From IMG/VR virus record IMGVR_UViG_3300033145_001323, positions 1 to 59,213 of that record: a stretch of 59,213 nt of DNA. One strand, 5' to 3'. The first letter of the stretch is position 1, and every line of letters begins with the position of its first letter. Below the pieces are notes generated by a model that saw only the letters and a list, made by a program, of their open reading frames with translations, searched no databases and was not told where the DNA came from. The translations under genes were made by a program, and so were the position numbers. This document shows positions 49,468 through 58,737 of the stretch, one piece after another. The DNA is from a virus. Taxonomy: Duplodnaviria > Caudoviricetes.

Positions 49468-50100
49468 ATGAAAATTATAGAAGGAATTAAGCATAAAGGT
49501 CATCCATATTACATTCCTGATTGTTCTAGAGATGATTTACCTGAATTTTTTAAGGAATTAGGGTTTAAGGTCGGGGCTGAAATTGGAGTTTCTGATGGTA
49601 AAAATCTTGAAAAATATTGTAAGGCAGGACTTACAATGTATGGTATTGACCCATGGAGTAATGATGATGATGATATTTATAACAATCCTTTCAATAAAAC
49701 TAAACCATATAAAAATATGGGTGATGTTTACAATTTGGCAGTTGAAAAATTATCTTCATATCCTAATTGTACTCTAATCCGCAAAACATCTTTAAATGCA
49801 CTTAAAGATATTCCTAAACGCAGTTTAGATTTTGTTTATATAGATGGTAATCATATGTATGGATATGTTGCTATGGATTTAATGTCATGGGCTCATAAAG
49901 TAAAAAAGAGTGGGATTATAGCAGGACATGATTATTATCGCATTGGGGGTAGTAGAACTACTCGTCAAATTAAACCTGCAGTAGAAGGATATATTAAAGC
50001 ATTTGATATAGACCATTGGTATGTTTTGGGCAAAAAAGAGCCTCGTAGTGGGGAAATTAATGATAAAGAATTAAGTTTTATGTTTTTTAAGCATTGGTAA
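49468..50100 (+). CDS. class I SAM-dependent methyltransferase
   Basis: Tandem paralog with the same motifs. Confidence 0.85.
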   Translation: MKIIEGIKHKGHPYYIPDCSRDDLPEFFKELGFKVGAEIGVSDGKNLEKYCKAGLTMYGIDPWSNDDDDIYNNPFNKTKPYKNMGDVYNLAVEKLSSYPNCTLIRKTSLNALKDIPKRSLDFVYIDGNHMYGYVAMDLMSWAHKVKKSGIIAGHDYYRIGGSRTTRQIKPAVEGYIKAFDIDHWYVLGKKEPRSGEINDKELSFMFFKHW

Positions 50101-50123
50101 TTAATAATTAAAAAAATAAATAT

Positions 50124-50747
50124 ATGAAAATAAAAGAAGCAATTACACAAAAAGGTAGTCCATTTCATATCCCTGACTGTAGTAGAGATGAATTACCTAA
50201 GTTTTTTAAAGAAATAGGTTTTACAGTCGGAGCGGAAATCGGTGCATATAAGGGGGCGTTTACCGAAGTGTTTTGTAAAGAAGGATTAAAAATGTATGCC
50301 ATAGATCCGTGGATGGCATATGGAGGGGCTGGTAGAACACAGAAAAAACAGGATCGACAAGATTTTTTATATAAGCATACTGAACGAACATTAGCGCCAT
50401 ATGATGATTGTAAAATTATTAGAAAAACCTCAGTAGATGCATTAAGTGATTTTAAAGATGATTCACTGGACTTTGTTTATATAGATGGCGACCATGAATT
50501 TAGCCACATTGCTACAGATATAGTAGAATGGACGAAGAAGGTTAAGGTTGGAGGAGTGGTGTCGGGGCATGATTATTTTTGCACCGATCCACATGCAAGA
50601 AACCTTGTATGTCATGTTGGACCTATTATTGATGCTTATGTAAAAGTTTTTGGTATAGAAAATTTCTATACTTTAGGGCGAAGTAAGCCATTAAACAAAG
50701 AAGCCAAAGACGATAAATATTTAAGTTGGATGTTTTTTAGAAAATAA
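50124..50747 (+). CDS. class I SAM-dependent methyltransferase
   Basis: Tandem paralog with the same motifs. Confidence 0.85.
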   Translation: MKIKEAITQKGSPFHIPDCSRDELPKFFKEIGFTVGAEIGAYKGAFTEVFCKEGLKMYAIDPWMAYGGAGRTQKKQDRQDFLYKHTERTLAPYDDCKIIRKTSVDALSDFKDDSLDFVYIDGDHEFSHIATDIVEWTKKVKVGGVVSGHDYFCTDPHARNLVCHVGPIIDAYVKVFGIENFYTLGRSKPLNKEAKDDKYLSWMFFRK

Positions 50748-50751
50748 AATT

Positions 50752-51507
50752 ATGAATAATAAAGAAAAAGGAATTATTTTTTACACTGATAGTAGAATTA
50801 AGTCTCCAGTTAAGGAAGTAGTAATGGACTTGATTAAAAAAGCAGAATTGCCTATTGTTTCGTGTTCACTTCAACCATTAGATTTTGGTAAAAATGTAGT
50901 GTTTGATGGAGAGAGAGGGTATTGTTCTATGATTACGCAAATAAAGATTGCCCTAGAAAACCTTGATACTAAGTATGTTTTCTTTAATGAACATGATGTC
51001 CTTTATCCAAAAAGTCATTACGATTTTACCCCATCAAAAGATGATGTTTTTTATTATAACATTAATGCATGGAGATGGTGGATTGTGGGTGGGTGGGCTA
51101 TCACATATGACCAGCTTCATTCACTTTCAGGAATGTGTTGTAATAGGGAATTTGCTTTAGAGCATTATAAAGCAAGAATAAGGAAGATGGAAGAGTTGGG
51201 ATTGGATAAATTTAGAAGTAGAGAGCCAAGATATGCAAGAAAATTTGGGTACGAACCAGGCACTAAACCAAGGCGAAGAGGAGGATTCTCGGATGATGTA
51301 TTTGAAACTTGGAAATCCGAAAAGCCTATTGTAGACATACGACACACCAGAACATTTTCTGCTCCGAAAATATGTCTGGAGGATTTCAAGCATGTCCCGT
51401 CGAATTGGAAACAAATCGATTACAAGGACATTCCTGGATGGAATCTTGATGAATTATTGGATATAGAGAATATTCCTCTTCCATTTTCACTTTTAAAAAA
51501 CCGATAA
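50752..51507 (+). CDS. putative GT-A glycosyltransferase
   Basis: TKYVFFNEHDVLYP. Confidence 0.6.
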   Translation: MNNKEKGIIFYTDSRIKSPVKEVVMDLIKKAELPIVSCSLQPLDFGKNVVFDGERGYCSMITQIKIALENLDTKYVFFNEHDVLYPKSHYDFTPSKDDVFYYNINAWRWWIVGGWAITYDQLHSLSGMCCNREFALEHYKARIRKMEELGLDKFRSREPRYARKFGYEPGTKPRRRGGFSDDVFETWKSEKPIVDIRHTRTFSAPKICLEDFKHVPSNWKQIDYKDIPGWNLDELLDIENIPLPFSLLKNR

Positions 51508-51509
51508 AT

Positions 51510-51809
51510 ATGAAAGGATATGATATTGATGGAGTTATCACAAATAAAGTTATACCAGAAAAGGGTTCAGTGATTATATCTGGACGAACTTTTGCTGAAT
51601 ATGATGATTTAGTAAAACAATTAGCTCAAACTTATCTAGTGTATATTAGAGGAATTGGAAAATACGGAGATAAGGAAGCTGCTGGTAAATTTAAAGCAAT
51701 GATGATTAAGTATCTTAAAATAACTGAATTTTATGAAGATGATGATGTTCAGATTAAAATTATTAAAAAAGAAAATCCCAATTGTTTAATACATAAAATA
51801 GTTCTTTAA
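51510..51809 (+). CDS. minimal HAD-like hydrolase
   Basis: DIDGV, ISGR, K, YEDD motifs. Confidence 0.6.
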   Translation: MKGYDIDGVITNKVIPEKGSVIISGRTFAEYDDLVKQLAQTYLVYIRGIGKYGDKEAAGKFKAMMIKYLKITEFYEDDDVQIKIIKKENPNCLIHKIVL

Positions 51810-52039
51810 GGAGGTGATAAAGATGAGGCACTTAGTAAATATTCAAATACTTGAAGAAGATGGTTATGAATTGGTTGAGAAAGCATTTATTAAGTATTTA
51901 GAGCAGACTGGCAAGTTTAATGTAACGCAGTTCGACAGGATGGAGATTATTTCTTCAAGGGAAATCAAAAAGGGCAAAGAATCGCCAAAATAACAATGGG
52001 GGGAATTAAAAACTCCCCTCAAATAATAAATAAAATATT

Positions 52040-52471
52040 ATGAAAAATATAAAATTAACACAGGGGAAATCCACATTGGTGGATGATGAGGATTTTGAGT
52101 TTTTGAATCAATGGAAGTGGTATATTAGTAGTCATAATTATGCAACAACGACTGTGGTTCCTCATTTATATATGCATAGAATTGTGAATAAAACTCCAAA
52201 GGGTCTTTTAACAGATCATATTAATAGGAATACACTCGATAATAGAAAAATAAATTTAAGAGTGGCTGATAAAAGATTAAATAGCATAAACAGTGGATTG
52301 CAATCGAATAATACCTCTGGTTATAGGGGTATTTCTTGGAATAAACGACGTAGTAAATGGGAAACTTATATTTGGAATAATGGATTAAGAATCCAGTTAG
52401 GAAATTATAAAATAATAAAAGATGCTGTTTTTGCAAGAAAACAAGCAGAACTAAAATACCATGCAATATAA
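52040..52471 (+). CDS. HNH endonuclease with AP2-like domain
   Basis: YMHR..TDHINRNTLDNRKINLR..NNTSGYRGISW. Confidence 0.85.
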   Translation: MKNIKLTQGKSTLVDDEDFEFLNQWKWYISSHNYATTTVVPHLYMHRIVNKTPKGLLTDHINRNTLDNRKINLRVADKRLNSINSGLQSNNTSGYRGISWNKRRSKWETYIWNNGLRIQLGNYKIIKDAVFARKQAELKYHAI

Positions 52472-53438
52472 ATTATCAGTTTGTTTACCAGCAAGAAACG
52501 AAATGTTTCTTAAAAATACAGTTGAAGATATATTAAAAAACAAGGAAGACGACACAGAAATTATTGTCGGATTAGATGGTGAATGGGCGAATCCTCCACT
52601 AATCCAACACCCAGACGTAAATGTGATTCATGTTCCTAAAGCTATTGGTCAAAGAGGAATCACAAATTTATGTGTAAAACTAAGTAAGGCAAAGTATATA
52701 ATGAAGGCAGATTCACACTGTTCCTTTGATAAGGGCTTTGACCGTAAAATGATAGAAGGATTCAAAAAAACAGGTGATAATGTAACGGCTGTGCCGATTA
52801 TGCGGAATCTCTGGGCCTATGACTGGAAATGTTATCACTGTGGATGGAAGAAATATCAAGGTCCAACTCCTGAAAAATGTGAACAATGTGGTAAAACTGA
52901 TAAAATTAGGAGAAAAATGCTCTGGATAGGTAAACATAATCCTCAATCTGTTAGTTATTGTTTCGATTCAGAACCACATTTTCAATATTTTGAGGATTAT
53001 AAACATAGAGAACCATATTTAACAGATATAAAAACTGGATTCACAGAAACAATGAGTTTACAGGGTTCGTGCTTTATGTGCACAAGAGATAAATATTGGG
53101 AACTCAAATTATGTGATGAAGAGTTTGGTTCATGGGGCAATCAAGGAATAGAATTGACTTGTAAAACATGGTTATCTGGTGGAAAAGTACTAATTAATCA
53201 TAATACTTGGTATGCCCATATGTTTAGAACTCAAGGTGGAGATTTCTCTTTTCCTTATGAACAAAGAGGAGGAGACGTTGCAAGAACAAAGGCAAAAATA
53301 AGAAAACAAGTTTGGTTGGGTAAACTACCTGGACAAAAATTGCCCTTAAGTTGGTTAATAAAGCGTTTTATGCCGATTCCTGGGTGGGATGAAGAGAAAA
53401 TAAAAGAATTGAAGAAAAGTGAAAAAAAGATGAAATAG
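52461..53438 (+). CDS. glycosyltransferase family 2 with zinc-ribbon insert
   Basis: LSVCLPARNE..MKADSH; CYHC..CEQC. Confidence 0.85.
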   Translation: MQYKLSVCLPARNEMFLKNTVEDILKNKEDDTEIIVGLDGEWANPPLIQHPDVNVIHVPKAIGQRGITNLCVKLSKAKYIMKADSHCSFDKGFDRKMIEGFKKTGDNVTAVPIMRNLWAYDWKCYHCGWKKYQGPTPEKCEQCGKTDKIRRKMLWIGKHNPQSVSYCFDSEPHFQYFEDYKHREPYLTDIKTGFTETMSLQGSCFMCTRDKYWELKLCDEEFGSWGNQGIELTCKTWLSGGKVLINHNTWYAHMFRTQGGDFSFPYEQRGGDVARTKAKIRKQVWLGKLPGQKLPLSWLIKRFMPIPGWDEEKIKELKKSEKKMK

Positions 53439-53463
53439 TGCACCATGATGCACATACTAAAAT

Positions 53464-53487
53464 CCCACCCATTACAGGTGGGTTTTT
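53464..53487 (+). terminator. intrinsic terminator
   Basis: CCCACC-loop-GGTGGG-TTTTT. Confidence 0.75.
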
Positions 53488-53755
53488 CTATATTTGACCC
53501 AATGGGTCAAGATTGTATATTATGAAATAAAATCAAGTCAAATAGACAATATTGAAATTGAAACGGATTCACGTTCATATAGAAATAAAATTATAGATTT
53601 AGTTTCTATTGGCGTGGATTTTTTTATTAATAAAGCAGTTCGCCTATTAAATTGGCTAGTAGAATGTTTTATACCAATTTCTGGATGGGATGAGAAAAAA
53701 ATAAAAGAGTTAAAAAAGAATGAAAAGTAATAAGATTCATCAATGATACTTTTAT

Positions 53756-56700
53756 ATGATTGAAATTCAAAAATTACAAGATAAAGAATTTATTGAAAAT
53801 GCTAGAAAAAAAGACAGCATTATTGTTGAACGTGGTTTTACAAAAGAATACAAAAGTAAAGAAAAATCGCTTTTAATACAAGATGAAAATAAAAAGATTG
53901 AACTGGAATTATTATCACCTTATTATAAAATGATTGGAGCAGGTGAGGATATCCTAATTGCTGAAATGAAATTGAAGGACTGGAAAGGCAAAAAGAAGCT
54001 ATTTGATGAGTTAGGATTTTATAATAAGGGTGATTTTGAAAAACTGGACAAGCAATTTGTTTTGAAGTGGTGTGAAGAAAAAACAGTTAAAATTGAACTA
54101 CCAGCAGACTTTCCCGAACAGGCAAAAGGTGACAAGCTCTTTGAAAAAAAAATAGGTGACTGGGACAATGCGATTGAATTTACAAAATTATCAGAACTTC
54201 CGCACAAGAATATAAGAATAGGAATTTTTACAGAAACTATTTTAGGCGAGAAAATAGAATGGTTACCAACGATTGACGGTTTTGATATATACGAATGGGC
54301 GGCTTATGATATCACAGAATTAAATAGCCTAGAACATGATACGGTTAATGGAACTCACAATTCACTCGTAATGATAGACACTACTCATTTTATCTTAGCT
54401 TATACTGGAACAGATGTTGACGGTTTTATTAAGACATTTTCTATAGATGGCTCATATGATATCACAGAATTAAATAGCCTAGAACATGATACGGTTAATG
54501 GGACTGCTAACTCTCTAGTGATGATAGACGCCACTCATTTTATCTTAGCTTATAGAGGAGTTGATGGTGACGGTTATATAAAAACATTCTCAATAGACGG
54601 AAGTTACGCTATTACAGAACTTAATAGTTTAGAACATGATATAGTTGACGGACAATCCGATTCACTCGTAATGATAGATAGTACTCATTTTATTTTGGCT
54701 TACGCTCAATATGATGGCGACAATACCAACGGTTATATAAAAACATTCTCAATAGACGGAAGTTACGCTATTACAGAACTTAATAGTTTAGAACATGATA
54801 CGGTTAATGGAACTCACAATTCACTCGTAATGATAGACACTACTCATTTTATCTTAGCTTACGCTGGAGCGGGTGGTGATGACGGTTATATAAAAACATT
54901 CTCAATAGACGGAAGTTACGCTATTACAGAACTTAATAGTTTAGAACATGATACGGTTAATGGAACTTACAATTCACTCGTAATGATAGATAGTACTCAT
55001 TTTATCTTAGCTTACGCTGGAACGGGTGGTGACGGTTATATAAAAACATTCTCAATAGACGGAAGTTACGCTATTACAGAACTTAATAGTTTAGAACATG
55101 ATACGGTTAATGGAACTTACAATTCACTCGTAATGATAGACACTACTCATTTTATCTTAGCTTGTCAGAATGGAGTGTATCCTTCTTTTACAGGTTATAT
55201 AAAAACATTCTCAATAGACGGAAGTTACGCTATTACAGAACTTAATAGTTTAGAACATGATACGGTTAATGGAGATTACAACTCCCTCGTAATGATAGAC
55301 GCCACTCATTTTATCTTAGCTTATACTGGAACAGATGTTGACGGTTTTATAAAAACATTTTATGTAGAACCGCTACCAGTCGCCCCCACTGTTACAACCC
55401 AATCTGCCACTAATGTAGCTTCAGAAACCTGTACAGGCAATGGAAACATTACAGCTACAGGCGGAGTGAACGCCACTCGTAGAGGTTTTTGCTATATAGT
55501 AGGAACTTCAGGAGACCCTACTACTGCAAATAGTGTAGCCTATGATGACGGAAGTTTTGGAGTAGGAGCATATACGAAAGGGATAACGGGATTAACTCCA
55601 GAAACTGGATATAGAGTTAGAGCCTATGCGATTAATTCAGCGGGGACGAGTTACGGGGTTACGGTTCAGGTGACGACTACTGTGACTAGTCCATCTAGTT
55701 CAATTAGTCCGTCAGCTTCTTTATCTCCAAGCATAAGCCAATCACTTTCACCCTCATTAAGTCCATCAATCAGTCCAAGCATTTCTCCTTCTGTAAGCCC
55801 AAGTGTTTCAATATCGCCTTCTATTTCTATCTCTTTAAGCCCAAGCATATCACCTTCTATTTCTATAAGTATAAGTCCAAGTGTTAGTCCTTCTGTATCT
55901 ATAAGCCCATCAATATCTCCATCTATTTCTCCTAGTATTTCTCCAAGTGTTTCAGTATCACCGAGTGTCTCTCCATCAATCTCCCCTTCAATATCACCAA
56001 GTATATCCTTATCTCCTAGCTTATCCCCATCTCTTTCTCCATCAATTTCACCTAGTGTATCACCATCAGTTTCGCCTAGTGTGTCTTTGAGTCCATCAAT
56101 ATCTCCGAGTGTTTCTCCTTCATTGAGTCCGTCAATCTCACCATCAGTATCCCCATCTATCTCATTATCACCATCTTTAAGCCCATCGATATCTTCTTCT
56201 TTATCACCGAGTTTGTCACCAAGTATAAGTCTATCAATAAGTCCATCTGTAAGTCCTTCTATATCAATTAGTCCATCAATTTCACCATCTGTTTCGCCAC
56301 CAGCAAGTGAATGGGAGAATCCATCATCTTTAACTATTAATACTGGCTCAATAAATTCAGGGCAATTATCTGATATTTATAAAGATAGTGATATTACTGA
56401 ATTAGTATTAAATGAAGTAACTGGAAATCCTGGATTTGATTATGTTTTTGAATTTGGAGAACATGAAGATGTTCCAAGCTCTAATATAGATTTATATATT
56501 AAAGGATATTACGAAGGTAATCCTGCTCATGTTGTAAAAATACAGCAATGGAATTACACAAGCAGTCAATGGGATAATGTTACTGCCGCAGATAAAGACT
56601 TACCGAGTGAAAGTTCTGAACAAGACTATGAGTTCTTTTTATTAGATAGTGCAGACTATATATCAAATGGAAATATCAAAATAAAAGTAATTCACACATC

Positions 56701-58306
56701 TAATGGAAGTGCTGGACATTTTTTACATTTAAATAAGTTTTATATCGCTCTTGGTGGACCATCTGTTTCTGTTAGTCCTTCTATAAGTTCATCTTTAAGT
56801 CCTAGTATTTCCCCCTCTGTAAGTCCATCAATATCTATTTCCCCCTCAGCATCTCCTTCTTTATCTCTTTCATTATCACCAAGTTTGTCTCAATCTCTAT
56901 CACCTTCATTATCTCCAAGTATTAGCCCATCTGTTAGTCCTAGTATTTCTATTTCTCCTTCTCTTAGTCCAAGTTTGAGTTCTTCTATTAGTCCTAGTAT
57001 AAGCCCATCGGTTAGCCCATCAATAAGTATTTCGCCAAGCGTAAGTCCTTCATTATCGCTATCGCTATCACCTTCTGTATCTCCATCTCTTTCACCAAGT
57101 GTTAGTCCTTCCATATCACTTTCTCCATCATTAAGTCCGAGTATATCACCAAGTTTATCTCTATCAATCTCACCGTCTATTAGTCCTTCAATATCTCCGA
57201 GTGTGAGTATTAGTCCTAGTATTAGTCCATCTTTATCACCGTCATTATCTCCATCTATAAGTCTATCAATATCTCCAAGTGTCTCATCTTCAGTTTCTCC
57301 AAGTGTAAGTATATCACCAAGTATATCTCCTTCAGTATCACTTTCACCATCCCTAAGCCCATCATTATCTCCCAGTATTTCATCTTCCATATCGCCATCT
57401 ATAAGTCAATCTGTTTCTCCTAGTGTATCATTAAGTCCATCTTTGTCTCCGAGCATCTCCCTTTCTATTTCCCCAAGTATAAGCCCGTCTATAAGTCAAT
57501 CTGTTTCTCCTAGTATATCATTGAGTCCATCTCTTTCACCGAGTTTTTCACCGAGTTTTTCACCAAGTATCTCTTCATCTATTTCCCCATCAGTAAGTCC
57601 TTCTGTATCTTTGAGTCCCTCTTTGAGTCTCTCTTTGAGTCCTTCTATAAGTCAATCAATCTCACCTTCTACATCTCCATCAGAATCACTTTCACCATCA
57701 TTATCACATAGTATTAGTCCTTCTGTATCACCTAGTGTTTCTTTATCTCCAAGCATTAGTTCATCTATCTCACCTTCTTTAAGTCCAAGTTTAAGTCTAT
57801 CTATTAGTCCTAGTGTTAGCCCTTCAACATCAATCTCTCCCAGTATTAGTTCCAGTATTAGTCTTTCAATTTCACCTTCAACTTCACCATCTCCAAGTCC
57901 AGGTTGGGAAGATTACACAAGAGGGGATAATAATATATTGCCAGTAAACGATACTGAACTAGAAAATGCTTATTCAGAACAAGATTATATAGATGTAAAT
58001 ACTAAAAATGATATAAGAGTGGAACAAACAGCTTCAGACGAATACGCAATTCATCAATTTAAAGATTATGTGACAGGTAATTCTGTAAATTTAGAATGGG
58101 AGGGTCAAACAGATTTAGCCCCATCTTCATCAACTGTAGTTTTACAAATTTACAATAGAAATACCCCAGCTTGGGAAACAGTTGATTCAGATAATACAAC
58201 AGGAGCGGATACTGATTTTTCATTAACTGCTAATATAGCTAATTTAACAAATTATAAAAATGCAAATGGGGTTATTAGTTGTCGAGTGTATCAAGATGCA
58301 ATTTAA
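53756..58306 (+). CDS. large putative virion surface protein: 7 propeller-like repeats, FN3-like domain and two Ser/Pro mucin-like tracts
   Basis: 7 repeats of ~50 aa; PTVTT..YRVRAYAINSAG..YG; long SPS(I/V/L) tracts. Confidence 0.75.
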   Translation: MIEIQKLQDKEFIENARKKDSIIVERGFTKEYKSKEKSLLIQDENKKIELELLSPYYKMIGAGEDILIAEMKLKDWKGKKKLFDELGFYNKGDFEKLDKQFVLKWCEEKTVKIELPADFPEQAKGDKLFEKKIGDWDNAIEFTKLSELPHKNIRIGIFTETILGEKIEWLPTIDGFDIYEWAAYDITELNSLEHDTVNGTHNSLVMIDTTHFILAYTGTDVDGFIKTFSIDGSYDITELNSLEHDTVNGTANSLVMIDATHFILAYRGVDGDGYIKTFSIDGSYAITELNSLEHDIVDGQSDSLVMIDSTHFILAYAQYDGDNTNGYIKTFSIDGSYAITELNSLEHDTVNGTHNSLVMIDTTHFILAYAGAGGDDGYIKTFSIDGSYAITELNSLEHDTVNGTYNSLVMIDSTHFILAYAGTGGDGYIKTFSIDGSYAITELNSLEHDTVNGTYNSLVMIDTTHFILACQNGVYPSFTGYIKTFSIDGSYAITELNSLEHDTVNGDYNSLVMIDATHFILAYTGTDVDGFIKTFYVEPLPVAPTVTTQSATNVASETCTGNGNITATGGVNATRRGFCYIVGTSGDPTTANSVAYDDGSFGVGAYTKGITGLTPETGYRVRAYAINSAGTSYGVTVQVTTTVTSPSSSISPSASLSPSISQSLSPSLSPSISPSISPSVSPSVSISPSISISLSPSISPSISISISPSVSPSVSISPSISPSISPSISPSVSVSPSVSPSISPSISPSISLSPSLSPSLSPSISPSVSPSVSPSVSLSPSISPSVSPSLSPSISPSVSPSISLSPSLSPSISSSLSPSLSPSISLSISPSVSPSISISPSISPSVSPPASEWENPSSLTINTGSINSGQLSDIYKDSDITELVLNEVTGNPGFDYVFEFGEHEDVPSSNIDLYIKGYYEGNPAHVVKIQQWNYTSSQWDNVTAADKDLPSESSEQDYEFFLLDSADYISNGNIKIKVIHTSNGSAGHFLHLNKFYIALGGPSVSVSPSISSSLSPSISPSVSPSISISPSASPSLSLSLSPSLSQSLSPSLSPSISPSVSPSISISPSLSPSLSSSISPSISPSVSPSISISPSVSPSLSLSLSPSVSPSLSPSVSPSISLSPSLSPSISPSLSLSISPSISPSISPSVSISPSISPSLSPSLSPSISLSISPSVSSSVSPSVSISPSISPSVSLSPSLSPSLSPSISSSISPSISQSVSPSVSLSPSLSPSISLSISPSISPSISQSVSPSISLSPSLSPSFSPSFSPSISSSISPSVSPSVSLSPSLSLSLSPSISQSISPSTSPSESLSPSLSHSISPSVSPSVSLSPSISSSISPSLSPSLSLSISPSVSPSTSISPSISSSISLSISPSTSPSPSPGWEDYTRGDNNILPVNDTELENAYSEQDYIDVNTKNDIRVEQTASDEYAIHQFKDYVTGNSVNLEWEGQTDLAPSSSTVVLQIYNRNTPAWETVDSDNTTGADTDFSLTANIANLTNYKNANGVISCRVYQDAI
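54304..55363 (+). repeat. seven near-identical ~150-bp coding repeats
   Basis: YxITELNSLEHDTVNG..SLVMIDxTHFILAY..GYIKTFSIDGS. Confidence 0.9.
55688..57901 (+). repeat. two (S-P-S-I/V/L)n tetrapeptide tracts, ~55688-56300 and ~56758-57901
   Basis: Protein-level repeat with shuffled codons. Confidence 0.9.
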
Positions 58307-58550
58307 AATAAATATGAGAAATAAAGTAAATTTATGACAATATTATTAAAAAATAAAGATTATTTTACTAATTATTTAAAAGTTATTTTGACCCAAAATA
58401 TCAATATTGTATAATAAAAAAATATGGCAACAAATACAAAATATTCATTCAAAGACTTTCTAAACAAAAACTTCAAGGACATTCCTGTGGAAGAATTTAA
58501 TAATACCGAAATAATCGGAAGCTGTTTTTATCAGGAATGTTTAGAAGACG

Positions 58551-58733
58551 ATGAAAATAAAGGTGCAAAATGATTTAATGGATTGGATTTTAGATGACAA
58601 TTTAAAACCCGTAGAGCCGACTAAGAAGAGAAGATATATTGAATTAGATATAAGCATAGACCCAGCACATATACCAACTCCGAAAATGTTAGAGAGTATT
58701 ATTCGTAAAAAAGAAAGGGAATTAGAAGAATAA
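58551..58733 (+). CDS. hypothetical protein, possibly the 3' half of a split gene with 58424-58573
   Basis: Overlapping short ORFs in different frames. Confidence 0.4.
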   Translation: MKIKVQNDLMDWILDDNLKPVEPTKKRRYIELDISIDPAHIPTPKMLESIIRKKERELEE

Positions 58734-58737
58734 AATT

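Noticed and set aside
41326-53438. Host O-antigen or capsule locus
   Set aside because: No flippase, polymerase, ABC exporter or nucleotide-sugar synthesis genes recognised; the cluster sits among virion genes and contains a phage HNH.
53494-53730. 78-aa ORF as a real gene
   Set aside because: Its TTG start is the -35 of a putative promoter and its 3' part is a duplicated remnant of the upstream glycosyltransferase.
54304-55363. Diversity-generating retroelement template/variable repeats
   Set aside because: Repeats are in-frame tandem units, differences are not adenine-specific, and no reverse transcriptase is in the window.
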